NCBI GenBank assembly: GCA_044344255.1
Contig: JBIJDH010000012.1
Span: 128,001-192,000 of the forward strand
Direction of reading: 5' to 3'
DNA from: Myxococcota bacterium
GTDB lineage: Bacteria; Myxococcota_A; UBA796; UBA2385
Length of the DNA: 64,000 bases
The notes under the pieces were generated by a model that saw only the letters and a list, made by a program, of their open reading frames with translations, was not told the DNA's origin and did not search any database. Positions 27,829-41,821 of the stretch are shown here, one piece after another (the first letter of the stretch is position 1; each line of letters begins with the position of its first letter). The position numbers and the translations under genes were made by a program.

Positions 27829-28640
27829 CGGGCGCCTCCGAGGAGCTGGTCGACCTGCTCGGGCTTCAGCACGCGGATGTGGGAGAGGGGGTCGGTCTCG
27901 AGCCAGGGGACACCCTTGCCCTTCAGCGTCTCGGCGATGACCGCGAGGGGGCGGGCCCGCCCGGGGGCCCGGATGCCGCGGAGGACCTCGGCGAGGGCGA
28001 CGACGTCATGCCCGTCCACGACCACGGTGTCCCAGCCGAAGGCGCGGAACTTCTCATCGAGCGGGTTGAGCGCCAGGATGTCCTTGGTGAAGCCGAGGGT
28101 GGCGGCGCCGTTCAGATCGACGATGAGCGTGAGGTTGGCGAGGGCGTGGTGGCCGGCGAACATCACCGCCTCCCAGACCGAGCCCTCGTGCAGCTCACCG
28201 TCGCCGCAGAGCACGACCACCTGATTGTCGGCCCCGCGGCCGCGCAGCCCCAGCGCGACCCCGCAGGCGACGCCCGGCCCGTGCCCCAGCGCGCCGTTGA
28301 TCGACTCGTAGCCGGGGATGTGGGTGTCGGGGATGACCTTGAGGATCCCCTCCTCTTTGGCGATGAGGAGCAGCTCGCCGGGGTCAATGAAGCCGAGGTC
28401 GGCGAGGATGGGGTAGAACGAGATCGTGCCGTGCCCCTTGCTCACGATGAAGCGGTCACGGCCCTCCCAGCGGGGCTCAGCCGGGTTGAAGCGGAGGACG
28501 CCCCCATAATGCAGGGCGGTCAGCGTCTCGACGGTGGAGAGCGAGGAGGCGAGGCGCGTCTCGGGGGCGCGGCGGTGCAGGAGCATCGTCTCCCGCCTCA
28601 CCCACGCGGCCTTCTCCACCAGTGCGGAACCTTCAAGCAT
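27825..28640 (-). CDS. Transketolase N-terminal ThDP-binding subunit
   Basis: RDRFIVSKGH, GALGHG, GDGELHEGSVWEA...N, DGHD, KGKG; ATGA overlap with the C-terminal subunit. Confidence 0.9.
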   Translation of the reverse strand: MLEGSALVEKAAWVRRETMLLHRRAPETRLASSLSTVETLTALHYGGVLRFNPAEPRWEGRDRFIVSKGHGTISFYPILADLGFIDPGELLLIAKEEGILKVIPDTHIPGYESINGALGHGPGVACGVALGLRGRGADNQVVVLCGDGELHEGSVWEAVMFAGHHALANLTLIVDLNGAATLGFTKDILALNPLDEKFRAFGWDTVVVDGHDVVALAEVLRGIRAPGRARPLAVIAETLKGKGVPWLETDPLSHIRVLKPEQVDQLLGGAR

Positions 28641-28695
28641 GAGACCTCACGAGGGGGCGGGGAGACAGGACTGATCGGCCGGTCGAGGCGCTCAG

Positions 28696-29355
28696 TTAAT
28701 CCGGTCGGTCGACTCCGTCGGGGCTGCTCGCCCGCGCCTTGGCCGTGCGGTGGATCAGATCCTCGCCCCCGACCACGCCGCAAGAGAGGAAGAACTTGAT
28801 CGCCTCCTCGACGGTGAGATCGAGCAGCAGCATGTCCTTACGCGGCAGAAGCACGGGGTAGCCGAGGTGAAGGTGGTTGCTCGGGAAGAAGACCACCACC
28901 TCAGCGAGCGGGTCATCCCCGGGCGGCAGGTGCGCCACGAGGCCGATCGTGTGGCGGCCCACCATCGGGTACTCGACCAGCACGACCTGGGAGAACGGGG
29001 TCTTGTGCTCGTCGGAGAACAGAGAGGCGATCTGCCGGCTCGCCGTGTAGACCGATCGCACCAGCGGCACCCGCTCGATCGCCCGCTCTGTGCGATGGAG
29101 GAGCTGCCGGAAGAAGACCATCCGGGTCAGCCAGCCGATCGCCAGCACCAGCAGCAGGGTGGTGAGGAGGCCGAGGCCCGGGATGTGCACCGGCTGGCCG
29201 ACGAAGCGCGAGACGAGGAGGTCAATCCGGGTGCCGGCGGGGCCGTCCACCATCGTGAAGAGGAAGGAGAGCACCTTCCCCGTGACGTACAAGGGGAGCA
29301 GGGCCAGCAGGCCTGCGATGAAGCTCTGGCGGATGGGGTGCTGACGGTCCGACAC
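28696..29355 (-). CDS. DUF502-family membrane protein
   Basis: 'FIAGLLALLP', 'IPGLG', 'RVPLVRSVY', 'VLVEYP', 'LTVEEAIKFFLSCG'. Confidence 0.8.
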   Translation of the reverse strand: MSDRQHPIRQSFIAGLLALLPLYVTGKVLSFLFTMVDGPAGTRIDLLVSRFVGQPVHIPGLGLLTTLLLVLAIGWLTRMVFFRQLLHRTERAIERVPLVRSVYTASRQIASLFSDEHKTPFSQVVLVEYPMVGRHTIGLVAHLPPGDDPLAEVVVFFPSNHLHLGYPVLLPRKDMLLLDLTVEEAIKFFLSCGVVGGEDLIHRTAKARASSPDGVDRPD

Positions 29356-29388
29356 GGTGACCTCGACGTCAGAGGTGGGGGACGGTCC

Positions 29389-30888
29389 CTATCCGGGCGG
29401 GCCGGTGGAGCCCGAGGGATGCGGCGTCGCCCGACAAGACCAGATCTGGAAGCGGCGCACCACCTCACCCCGCCGAAGCACAGGGACTTCCTCCGCTCGC
29501 GCGCAATCCAGGCCGGGGAAGGGGCGCCGGACGAGGTCGAGGTCGTAGCGGTCGTGAGCGACGAAGATCGCGTCCCGACCGGCGAGCTCGGGGAGGCGCT
29601 CCCGCCAGACGTCAAACTGATCGGCGCGGCCCCCGCGGCGGGTGACGATCACCGACCGGGGGAGCTGGAGCGCGATCTGGGCCGCGGTCTGGTACATGTG
29701 GCCGAAGACATAGGCCTGATCGGGATCTGGGAGGGCATGAAGGGCCCGCTCCACCGCCGCCCCCGCTTCGGGCCAGCCGTAGAGGTCGTTCGTGACGTCG
29801 GCCTTCGGCCCGAGCGGCAACACCGGCCAGAGCGCCTGGAGGTACACGAGGCCGCTCATCAGGCCGGCGCTGCCGAGGGTGGCGAGGCGGAGGCGGGGGC
29901 GCTCGCTGAGCCAGCGGGCTGCGGGGAGCAGGGCGGGGAGCCAGCCCGAGGCGGTCCAGTGGGGCTTGAAGGCCGTCAGCGGGCTCGTGAGCCCGAAGAG
30001 CAGGAGGGGCGGCAGCGCGGCGGCGAGGAGGAAGCGGTCGGCCGCGGCGCCGGCGCGGGCGCGGCGGAGGCTGTCCCTCAGCCCGAGCACGAGGGCGACC
30101 GCGACCAGCGGCGACAGGAGGCCGAGCTGGGAGCCCACGAACTGGCCGAGGTTGGTCGGGAGATCGAGCGCCCCCCCGTGCCGGCCTTGGAGGTGGAAGC
30201 GGAAGGACATCCAGTCGTGGTGCGAATTCCAGACGAGGATCGGCTCGAAGATCAGCAGCGCGACGAGCAAGCCGAGGTACGGCTCGGGGCGGAGGAGCCA
30301 ACGACGGTAGCGGCGGTCAGAGACCAGCAGGACGAGGAGGGTGACCAGCCACAAGACCGCGTTGTACTTACACAGGAGCGCGATCCCCGTCGAGATCCCG
30401 CAAGGGAGCCAGGCGCCCGCGTCCTCGGCCTCGAGGGCCTCCCAGGCGAAGGACAGCGCGAGGCTGAGCGCGAGGAGGAAGGGCATGTCCGGCGCGGTGA
30501 AGACGCCGAGGATGGCGAACATCGGCGACAGGACGAGCAGCAGGGCGAGCTCGGTCGTGGCGGAGGTCCCCATGCGGCGGGCCAGACGGAGGAGCACGCC
30601 CACGGTCGCGGCGCCGCAGAGCAGCGTGGGCAGCCGCACCGCGAAGGGGCCCTCCCCGAGCGCCGAGACCGAGGCCGCCACGAGCAAGGCGACCCCGGGC
30701 GGATGATCGAAGTAGCTCCAGTCGAGGTGTCGCGCCCAGAGCGCGTAGTAGGCCTCGTCGTCGCCGAGGCCCACCGCGCCGATCAGGGCCATCCGGAGCA
30801 CGAAGACGAGGCCGACCAGCCCGAGGCCGGCCCCGGGGCTCGGCCAGCGGAGCCACCGCGAGGGCCCCTTGCTCCCCTCCCCCGTCAT
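29389..30888 (-). CDS. GT39/ArnT-like polytopic membrane glycosyltransferase
   Basis: 'DEAYY...W...LDWSYFDHPP', 'APD', 'KYN', 'WN..HDW.SF.F'; ATGA overlap with the upstream gene. Confidence 0.85.
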   Translation of the reverse strand: MTGEGSKGPSRWLRWPSPGAGLGLVGLVFVLRMALIGAVGLGDDEAYYALWARHLDWSYFDHPPGVALLVAASVSALGEGPFAVRLPTLLCGAATVGVLLRLARRMGTSATTELALLLVLSPMFAILGVFTAPDMPFLLALSLALSFAWEALEAEDAGAWLPCGISTGIALLCKYNAVLWLVTLLVLLVSDRRYRRWLLRPEPYLGLLVALLIFEPILVWNSHHDWMSFRFHLQGRHGGALDLPTNLGQFVGSQLGLLSPLVAVALVLGLRDSLRRARAGAAADRFLLAAALPPLLLFGLTSPLTAFKPHWTASGWLPALLPAARWLSERPRLRLATLGSAGLMSGLVYLQALWPVLPLGPKADVTNDLYGWPEAGAAVERALHALPDPDQAYVFGHMYQTAAQIALQLPRSVIVTRRGGRADQFDVWRERLPELAGRDAIFVAHDRYDLDLVRRPFPGLDCARAEEVPVLRRGEVVRRFQIWSCRATPHPSGSTGPPG

Positions 30889-32960
30889 CGCGCCGCGGCG
30901 GCCCGCCTGCGGCGCAGCCCGAAGATCCCGAGCCCCACCCACGGCAGCAGGAGGGCGGAGCGGAGGCCCGCGCAGCCCCCGACATACTCGCCGGCGAGGG
31001 GGTTGATCTGGGCCGGAGGCGGCTCCGACCAGGTGAAGGCGGGGGTCACTTCAACGGCGGTCGTCACGCAGTTCATGCCGAGGATGCCGAAGGTCCAGGT
31101 TGAGCCGGCCGGCAGGGCCTCGATGCCGAGCGACTCTGCCATGACGCTCACCGACGCCGGAGCGCCGGGCCACTCGAGGTCGGCGTTGTCGGAGCCCGTC
31201 GGCAGCAGGAAGGTGTAGCCGAGGATGTCGAGCGGGTTGATCTCGTAGTGGACCAGCTCGTCAGCGCGCGCGTAGACGGTGTAGTCGAGGTCGGAGTCGT
31301 GCAGCGTCCCCCCGTTCGGCCGGGAGAGGTCGATGTTCAGGCTGAGGCCCGTGACCTGCCTCCCCTCCGGGTCTTCCGGGATGGTGAGCGTGTACTGGAA
31401 GGGGGCGCCGATGCGGACGCCGAGGCCGCGCACCACCTCACACAGGCTGGCATCGACGAAGTCAGCGCCGAGGAGGTAGCCCGCGCCAGGCTGCTCGGGC
31501 GAGATGGGGGTGTCGCGCCCGCAGGTCGAGAGGCCCCGGGCGTCCACGATGTCGCGCACGACCGACACCTCGGCCTCCGTGAGGCGTCCCTCCGAGACGA
31601 GGTCGCCCGCGGCATCGACCAGCGCCGCGGCGAACTCGGCGTAGGTGGGGCTCGTGCTCAGGCGCTGCATCGCCCCGTAGACGAGGGCGTCGGTGGCGGC
31701 GGCTCCGAGGGCCTCGCGGATCTCCCAGGTGCTGCCCCCGATGACCTCGCCATCCTGATGGGCCTCACCGAGGACCGAGGCCGGACAGGTGGCGCCGTTG
31801 TCGAGGTCGCGGATGGGCGTGCCATCGGCCATCACCGCAGCGGTGCTGCGGTCGTTGCGGGTGACGCTCCAGTAGTCGGGGAGCCCCTCCGTGAGGCCGC
31901 CGGGCGCGGGGTGGAGCCCGTACTCGTCCATGTTCACGGGGTAGCTCATCGCCGTCATCATCCCGACGACGTCCTCGACGATGCCGTGGCTGAACTCGTG
32001 GATGACGACGCCGGGGTCGTAGCCGAAGTCGGTGGTGATGCCCTGGCCGAAGGTGAGCTGGTACCCGCCGCTCGGGCCGTAGGTGAAGTAGGCGTTGTCG
32101 TAGCCCTCTCCCTTCGCCTCCCGGTAGTTCGTATAGACCTGCACCACCTCGGGCACCGGGTGCGCGAAGGTCTCCTGGAAGAAGGCGTAGGTCTGGGTGG
32201 CGTGCCAGTAGGCGTTGACCTCGACGAAGGGGTCCTCGGGGTCGCCCTGGTCGGGGCTGAAGTAGAAGTTTCCGTCCACGTCGGCCGCGGCCCAACGCAC
32301 GAGCTGCTGCTCGCCCGTGGCGCTGAAGGTGACGCTCTTCACGTCGACCACCTCGCCGGCGAGCGCCCCGCCGCCGCTGAGGCCAGGCAGATCGACCACG
32401 TCGAGCTCGTCCTCGGTGGGCGCCTGCGCGTAGACCTGACCGCTGGCGGAGAGGCGCTCGGGGGCCCGCTCGAGCAGGCGGCCATCGTGGGCGTCGATGC
32501 TGACCCGCCAGACGTCGGCGGGGCCCTCCCCACGGCAGCGGAAGCGCCAGAGGAGCCGCCCCCCCTGACCATCCGAGAGCACGGTGAGCGCCCCCGCCTC
32601 GCAGCGGAGGGCGACCTCGCGGCCGCGCGCTCGCACGAAGGGGCGCAGCGCGAGGGAGCGGGCCTCGGCCTCCGAGAGCGTCGGGGTGGAGGGTACCGTC
32701 AGGCCCCGCCGCCGGGTGTCCGCGAGGCGCCGGCCCGCGAGGTCCGTGACCACCCCGCCACCCAGCACGGGCACGCCGCCGTGGAGCTGCTCTGCGCGGG
32801 CCACCCCGCCCCGGCGCTGCGGCGGGCCGAGGGGCTCGGCGGCGACGGCGCCCGCGCCGAGGCCGGAGAGCGCCGCCCAGAGCGCGAGGGAGCGTGCACC
32901 CCCACCAAGATGAGAGCCCCGCCAAGGCGAGGAGGGGGTCGGGCAGGAGAGACGGAGCAC
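30885..32960 (-). CDS. Secreted M4/M36-like zinc metallopeptidase with propeptide and a C-terminal MYXO-CTERM-like tag
   Basis: 'DNAYF', HEFSH, 'EGLPD', 'EAHQDG'; tail GGC-hydrophobic-RRRR. Confidence 0.8.
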   Translation of the reverse strand: MLRLSCPTPSSPWRGSHLGGGARSLALWAALSGLGAGAVAAEPLGPPQRRGGVARAEQLHGGVPVLGGGVVTDLAGRRLADTRRRGLTVPSTPTLSEAEARSLALRPFVRARGREVALRCEAGALTVLSDGQGGRLLWRFRCRGEGPADVWRVSIDAHDGRLLERAPERLSASGQVYAQAPTEDELDVVDLPGLSGGGALAGEVVDVKSVTFSATGEQQLVRWAAADVDGNFYFSPDQGDPEDPFVEVNAYWHATQTYAFFQETFAHPVPEVVQVYTNYREAKGEGYDNAYFTYGPSGGYQLTFGQGITTDFGYDPGVVIHEFSHGIVEDVVGMMTAMSYPVNMDEYGLHPAPGGLTEGLPDYWSVTRNDRSTAAVMADGTPIRDLDNGATCPASVLGEAHQDGEVIGGSTWEIREALGAAATDALVYGAMQRLSTSPTYAEFAAALVDAAGDLVSEGRLTEAEVSVVRDIVDARGLSTCGRDTPISPEQPGAGYLLGADFVDASLCEVVRGLGVRIGAPFQYTLTIPEDPEGRQVTGLSLNIDLSRPNGGTLHDSDLDYTVYARADELVHYEINPLDILGYTFLLPTGSDNADLEWPGAPASVSVMAESLGIEALPAGSTWTFGILGMNCVTTAVEVTPAFTWSEPPPAQINPLAGEYVGGCAGLRSALLLPWVGLGIFGLRRRRAAAAR

Positions 32961-32984
32961 GAGGCCTCCAAGGAGGCCGACGGC

Positions 32985-33791
32985 TTATCCCAGGCCGAAG
33001 AGCGTGGCGTAGACCCAGGCGACCGGCGCGCTGAAGAGGAGGCTGTCTACGCGGTCGAGGATGCCGCCGTGGCCCGGCATGACCCAGCCGGAGTCCTTCA
33101 CGTTGTAGGAGCGCTTCAGCATCGACTCGACGAGATCACCCACCACGCCGGCGACGTCGAGGATGGCGCCGAGCGCGATCGCGTGCCCCCACGGGAGGTT
33201 CGGCAGGCCGATGGCCTTGACCGCGCAGGCCGCGCCGATGGCCGCAAAGAAGCCGCCCACGGCGCCCTCCCAGGTCTTCTTGGGGCTGACCCGCTCGAAG
33301 AGCTTGGTCTTCCCGAAGGCGCGGCCGGCGAAGTAGGCGCCAGTGTCACCGAGCCAGGTGACGGCGAGCAGCAGGAAGACCCAGGTGAGGCCGCTCTCGA
33401 AGCGGCGCACCTGGGCGATGAAGGAGAAGAGCACGGGGAGGTAAATGAGCCCGCCCAGCAGGCGCATCGCGGTGTCAGCGGCCTTGCCCGTCTCGCGCTC
33501 GACGAAGAGCGCGTGCAGCATCAGCCAGAGCGCCCCCATCGCCAGCACGCCGAGGTTGAGGTTCTGCGGACCCCACAGGAGCTGCACGTAGACGCCGAGG
33601 CTCACCAGCGAGAGGCTCACGAAGGCCGACTTGTGGCGCTCCGGCAGCGCCATCCGGGTGAGCTCGTCCACGCCGATGATCATCGCGACGCCGATGATGA
33701 TCTCCGCCGCCAGCTCACCGCCCCACACCATGGCGGGCACGATGATGAGGAGGCCGATGACCCCCGAGACGATCCGCTCAAGCACGACCAC
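32985..33791 (-). CDS. cdsA: Phosphatidate cytidylyltransferase
   Basis: DTGAYF, SPKKTWEG, GDLVES.LKR, KDSG..MPGHGGILDR.DS. Confidence 0.95.
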   Translation of the reverse strand: MVVLERIVSGVIGLLIIVPAMVWGGELAAEIIIGVAMIIGVDELTRMALPERHKSAFVSLSLVSLGVYVQLLWGPQNLNLGVLAMGALWLMLHALFVERETGKAADTAMRLLGGLIYLPVLFSFIAQVRRFESGLTWVFLLLAVTWLGDTGAYFAGRAFGKTKLFERVSPKKTWEGAVGGFFAAIGAACAVKAIGLPNLPWGHAIALGAILDVAGVVGDLVESMLKRSYNVKDSGWVMPGHGGILDRVDSLLFSAPVAWVYATLFGLG

Positions 33792-34521
33792 CCTCCGACT
33801 TCACCTGCGAGCCAGTCTTGCCAAAGCGCCGCTCGCGCCCGGCGAAGGCGGCGAAGGCGGCCTCCAGCTGCGGGCGCCGAAAGTCGGGCCAGTACACGTC
33901 GGTGACGTAGATCTCCGCGTACGCGAGCTGCCAGAGCAGGAAGTTGCTCAGCCGGCACTCGCCGGAGGTGCGGATGAGGAGGTCAGGGTCGGGGAGGCCG
34001 GCCGTGTAGAGGTGCTGGTTCACGAGCGCCTCGTCGATCGCCGCGGGGTCCAGCCGGCCGGCCTTCACCTCGGTCGCGATCGCCCGCATCGCGTCCACGA
34101 GCTCGGCCCGTGAGCCGTACGAGAGCGCGAGGCTGAGCACCATCTGGTGGTTCTTGGCGCTGTCCCGACAGAGCAGCCGCAGCGGCTTCTGCACGAACTC
34201 CGGCAGGCGGTCGACCTGACCGATGGCCTGCAGCCGGATGCCCTGGGTGAGGATCTCCTCCCGTTCTGCGAAGACGTAGCGCTGGAGGAGCTGCATCAGC
34301 GCGGCCACCTCGGTCACCGGTCGCCGCCAGTTCTCCGTGGAGAAGCTGTAGAGGGTGACCGCCTGGACGCCCTTCTCACGGCAGGCGCGCACGATCTCCC
34401 GGACGCTGTTGGCGCCCTCTTCGTGGCCCCGCACCCGGTCCAGCCCCCGCGACTCGGCCCATCGGCCGTTCCCATCCATGATGATGGCGACGTGTCGGGG
34501 GACGGCCGAGGGTGGCGCCAT
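33778..34521 (-). CDS. uppS: Undecaprenyl diphosphate synthase
   Basis: HVAIIMDGNGRWA, FSTENWRRP, IRTSGE.RLSNFLLWQ. Confidence 0.97.
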   Translation of the reverse strand: MAPPSAVPRHVAIIMDGNGRWAESRGLDRVRGHEEGANSVREIVRACREKGVQAVTLYSFSTENWRRPVTEVAALMQLLQRYVFAEREEILTQGIRLQAIGQVDRLPEFVQKPLRLLCRDSAKNHQMVLSLALSYGSRAELVDAMRAIATEVKAGRLDPAAIDEALVNQHLYTAGLPDPDLLIRTSGECRLSNFLLWQLAYAEIYVTDVYWPDFRRPQLEAAFAAFAGRERRFGKTGSQVKSEGGRA

Positions 34522-35084
34522 CAGCCCTCCAGGACCTCTTTCTCCTTGGCGGTGGCCATGGCGCTGAGGTCAGCGATGGCCGTGTCGGTCGAGGACTGCA
34601 CCTTCTCGACGTACCGCTTCGACTCGTCCTCAGTGATCTCCTTGTCGTTCTCCATGCCCTTGAAGATCTCGTTGTACTCCCGCCGCACCGTGCGCGCGCG
34701 GACACGAGACTCCTCCAGCTTCTCGCCCACCTGCTTGACCAGGCCCTTGCGGCGGTCAGCGGTGAGGGCGGGGATGGGGACCCGGATGATCTGGCCGTCG
34801 TTGGAGGGGTTCAACCCGAGGCCGGAGGCCTGGATCGCCTTCTCGATGTCGTGGATCGTAGCCTTGTCCCACGGGTTGACCACGAGCATCCGCGCGTCGG
34901 GGGCCGCGATGCCACCGAGCTGGTTGAGCGGCATGCTCGCGCCGTAAGAAGCGACGGTGACGGAGAGGTTCTCCAGGATCTGCGGGCTGGCGCGCCCGGT
35001 GCGGATCGTGGAGAGGTCACGCTTGAAGCTCGCGATGACCTTCTGGAAGTCTTCCTTCATCGCGTCGAGGTACTCTTGGCTCAT
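34521..35084 (-). CDS. frr: Ribosome recycling factor
   Basis: IRTGRA, LGLNPSNDG; conserved synteny. Confidence 0.97.
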   Translation of the reverse strand: MSQEYLDAMKEDFQKVIASFKRDLSTIRTGRASPQILENLSVTVASYGASMPLNQLGGIAAPDARMLVVNPWDKATIHDIEKAIQASGLGLNPSNDGQIIRVPIPALTADRRKGLVKQVGEKLEESRVRARTVRREYNEIFKGMENDKEITEDESKRYVEKVQSSTDTAIADLSAMATAKEKEVLEG

Positions 35085-35098
35085 TCTCGCAGCTCCGA

Positions 35099-36491
<1,393 letters not shown>

Positions 36492-36577
36492 GGGATCTAC
36501 TCCTCGCATGGAGGGCCCCCCTCCAGGTGACCACGGATGCGCGGTCACCCTCCCGAGGGCCTGCGGTTCAGGCTGGA

Positions 36578-37396
36578 TTAGGCGTCGACTTCTTCGTCGG
36601 CGAGCTCGATGGCGGCGTCGGTGTCCACGCCGCGGCGGAAGACCTCAACCTCACCGATGTCGGAGGCGGACTGCGCGGAGCCGCCCCCGTGGTGGTGACG
36701 ATGCTGATCGCGGCTGGCGGCGTTGCCCTCGATGATGGCGTCGGCGACGGCGGTGGTGAAGAGCTTGATGCTCTTGATGGCGTCGTCGTTGCCGGGGATC
36801 ACGTGGGTGATGCCGTCGGGATCACAATTGGTGTCGCAGAGGCCGACCACGGGGATGCCCAGCCGGACGGCCTCGTGGATGGCGATGCGCTCGCGCTTGG
36901 GATCGATGACGAAGAGGACGGCGGGGAGGCCCTTGAGCAGCTTGATACCGCCCAGCGACTTGTCCATCTTCTCGATCTTGCGGGTGATCTCGAGGGCTTC
37001 CTTCTTGGTGAGCCGCTCGAGGCCGCCCTTGTCACGAACCTGCTCAAGCTCGATGAGGTGAGCGATGGAGCGCTTGACCGTCTCGAAGTTGGTGAGGGCG
37101 CCGCCGAGCCAGCGGTTGTTCACGTAGAACATCCCGGCGCGGCCGGCCTGCTCCTGCACGATCTCTCGGGAGGCGCGCTTGGTGCCCACGAAGAGCACGG
37201 TGCCGCCCTTGGCGACGGTGGCGGTGATGAAGCGCGAGGCGTCCACGAGGGCGCGAGCGGTCTTCTGGAGATTGATGATGTGGATCCCATTCTTCTCGCC
37301 GTAGATGTACGGCTTCATCTTGGGGTTCCACAGGCGGGTCTGGTGACCGAAGTGCACGCCGGCTTCAAGCAGGTCGCGCAGAGAGACGTTGGCCAT
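36578..37396 (-). CDS. rpsB: 30S ribosomal protein S2
   Basis: LLEAGVHFGH, WNPKM, RWLGGALTN, IPGNDDA. Confidence 0.98.
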   Translation of the reverse strand: MANVSLRDLLEAGVHFGHQTRLWNPKMKPYIYGEKNGIHIINLQKTARALVDASRFITATVAKGGTVLFVGTKRASREIVQEQAGRAGMFYVNNRWLGGALTNFETVKRSIAHLIELEQVRDKGGLERLTKKEALEITRKIEKMDKSLGGIKLLKGLPAVLFVIDPKRERIAIHEAVRLGIPVVGLCDTNCDPDGITHVIPGNDDAIKSIKLFTTAVADAIIEGNAASRDQHRHHHGGGSAQSASDIGEVEVFRRGVDTDAAIELADEEVDA

Positions 37397-37399
37397 GTT

Positions 37400-37515
37400 G
37401 TTGCTCCAGGGGCACTGCCCCCGTTCGGGTTCTTCGACCGCCGGCGTGGGACTCCCACCAGCGCCCGGGGGGGAGCTGGCACCTCCGGAGTCTCGCGTAG
37501 ATCCGGCGTGAGATT
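37400..37515 (-). ncRNA. Probable rpsB 5' leader (t44/S2 autoregulatory RNA)
   Basis: Long non-coding leader with CACGCCG...GGAGGUGCC...CGGCGG...AACCC elements recalled from rpsB leaders; bounds approximate. Confidence 0.5.
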
Positions 37516-37652
37516 TCTACCTTTCTCACGGACACTTCTAAGAGGACGAGGACGGGACACTCAAGGCTGCTGTACCGCAGCCCCGCCCAACCGGTCTCCC
37601 GGAAGGCCGCCCGGACTAGCACGGGCGGAGGGGCTGAGCAAGCGGCCCCCGG

Positions 37653-40721
<3,069 letters not shown>

Positions 40722-40825
40722 GGGAGCTCCAGGGGGACTTGCGCGCGCATCACCGCGGTCGGCCCGAAAGCGCGAATCTGGACGCGGCGGCCCCAGAGTC
40801 AAGAGGGGCGCTGAGGGGCAACCCG

Positions 40826-41821
40826 CTATTCCAGATACTCCAGCGGGTCCACCGGCTGCCCGTCGACATAGATCTCGTAGTGCAGGTGCGGCCCGGTGGT
40901 CTGCCCGGTCATGCCCACCGTGGAGATGACCTGCCCGCGGCGGACGTGGTCGCCGGTGGCGACGAGGAGCTGGGAGTTGTGCGCGTAGCGGGTGACCACG
41001 CCGTAGCCGTGGTCGACCTCGAGCAGCTTGCCGTAGCCCTGGTCCCAGTCGGCGTAGATCACCACCCCTGCGGCGGGGGCCTTCACCGCGGTGCCGCGGT
41101 CACAGGCGAGGTCGAGGCCGCTGTGGAACTTCCAGCGGCGGTTGAAGGGGCTGCGGCGCCAGCCGAAGCCGCTCGTCAGCAGGGCGTCCACGGGCCAGTC
41201 GGTGGGGATGGCCGCCGTGCGGGAGCGGGCGCCCTCCGCCGCCTCGGCGACCGGACCGAGGCGCGACTCCGCGAAGCGCACCGAGCGCAGCAGCCGCTCA
41301 GCCCGCTCGCCGAGGCGCTCCATCCAGCGACCTGCGTCGTGTCGATCGAGCTCTGCCTCGACCCCGCCCGCAGGCTCGTCCATCATCTCGGTCTGGGCCT
41401 GCCCCACCAGCCGATCGGGCGCCGGCATCGACGCGCCGAGCAAGCCCGCCTCCGCCGCCGGCGAGAGCTCATCGCTCTCGAGGGGGCCGAGGCCGGAGCT
41501 CTCCATCTGGGCTCCATACTGGCGGAGTCGGCGGAGCTCTCGATCCACCTCGTCCATTCGCCCCTCAACCGCCCGGAGCCGGGCCTTGAGGGCGAGGTTC
41601 TCGTCGAGGATCTCCCCCCGGCTCGGCCCGGGGCTGAGGAGCCCCGCTCCGTCCCAGAGCCCGAAGAGCACGACCAGCACGAGCATGCTGAGCAGGATCA
41701 CCACCCGGCGGGCGTCCGCGAGCGTAAAGCTCCACTGGCGGACCGAGCCGCTGGCCCCCTCTGGCACGAACATCACGGTGAACCGTCGTTCGGCGACGGG
41801 CTCATCCGGACGGTCGGTCAT
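40826..41821 (-). CDS. M23-family metallopeptidase, membrane-anchored with coiled coil
   Basis: HSGLD, YAHNS, GQTTGPHLHYE. Confidence 0.92.
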   Translation of the reverse strand: MTDRPDEPVAERRFTVMFVPEGASGSVRQWSFTLADARRVVILLSMLVLVVLFGLWDGAGLLSPGPSRGEILDENLALKARLRAVEGRMDEVDRELRRLRQYGAQMESSGLGPLESDELSPAAEAGLLGASMPAPDRLVGQAQTEMMDEPAGGVEAELDRHDAGRWMERLGERAERLLRSVRFAESRLGPVAEAAEGARSRTAAIPTDWPVDALLTSGFGWRRSPFNRRWKFHSGLDLACDRGTAVKAPAAGVVIYADWDQGYGKLLEVDHGYGVVTRYAHNSQLLVATGDHVRRGQVISTVGMTGQTTGPHLHYEIYVDGQPVDPLEYLE

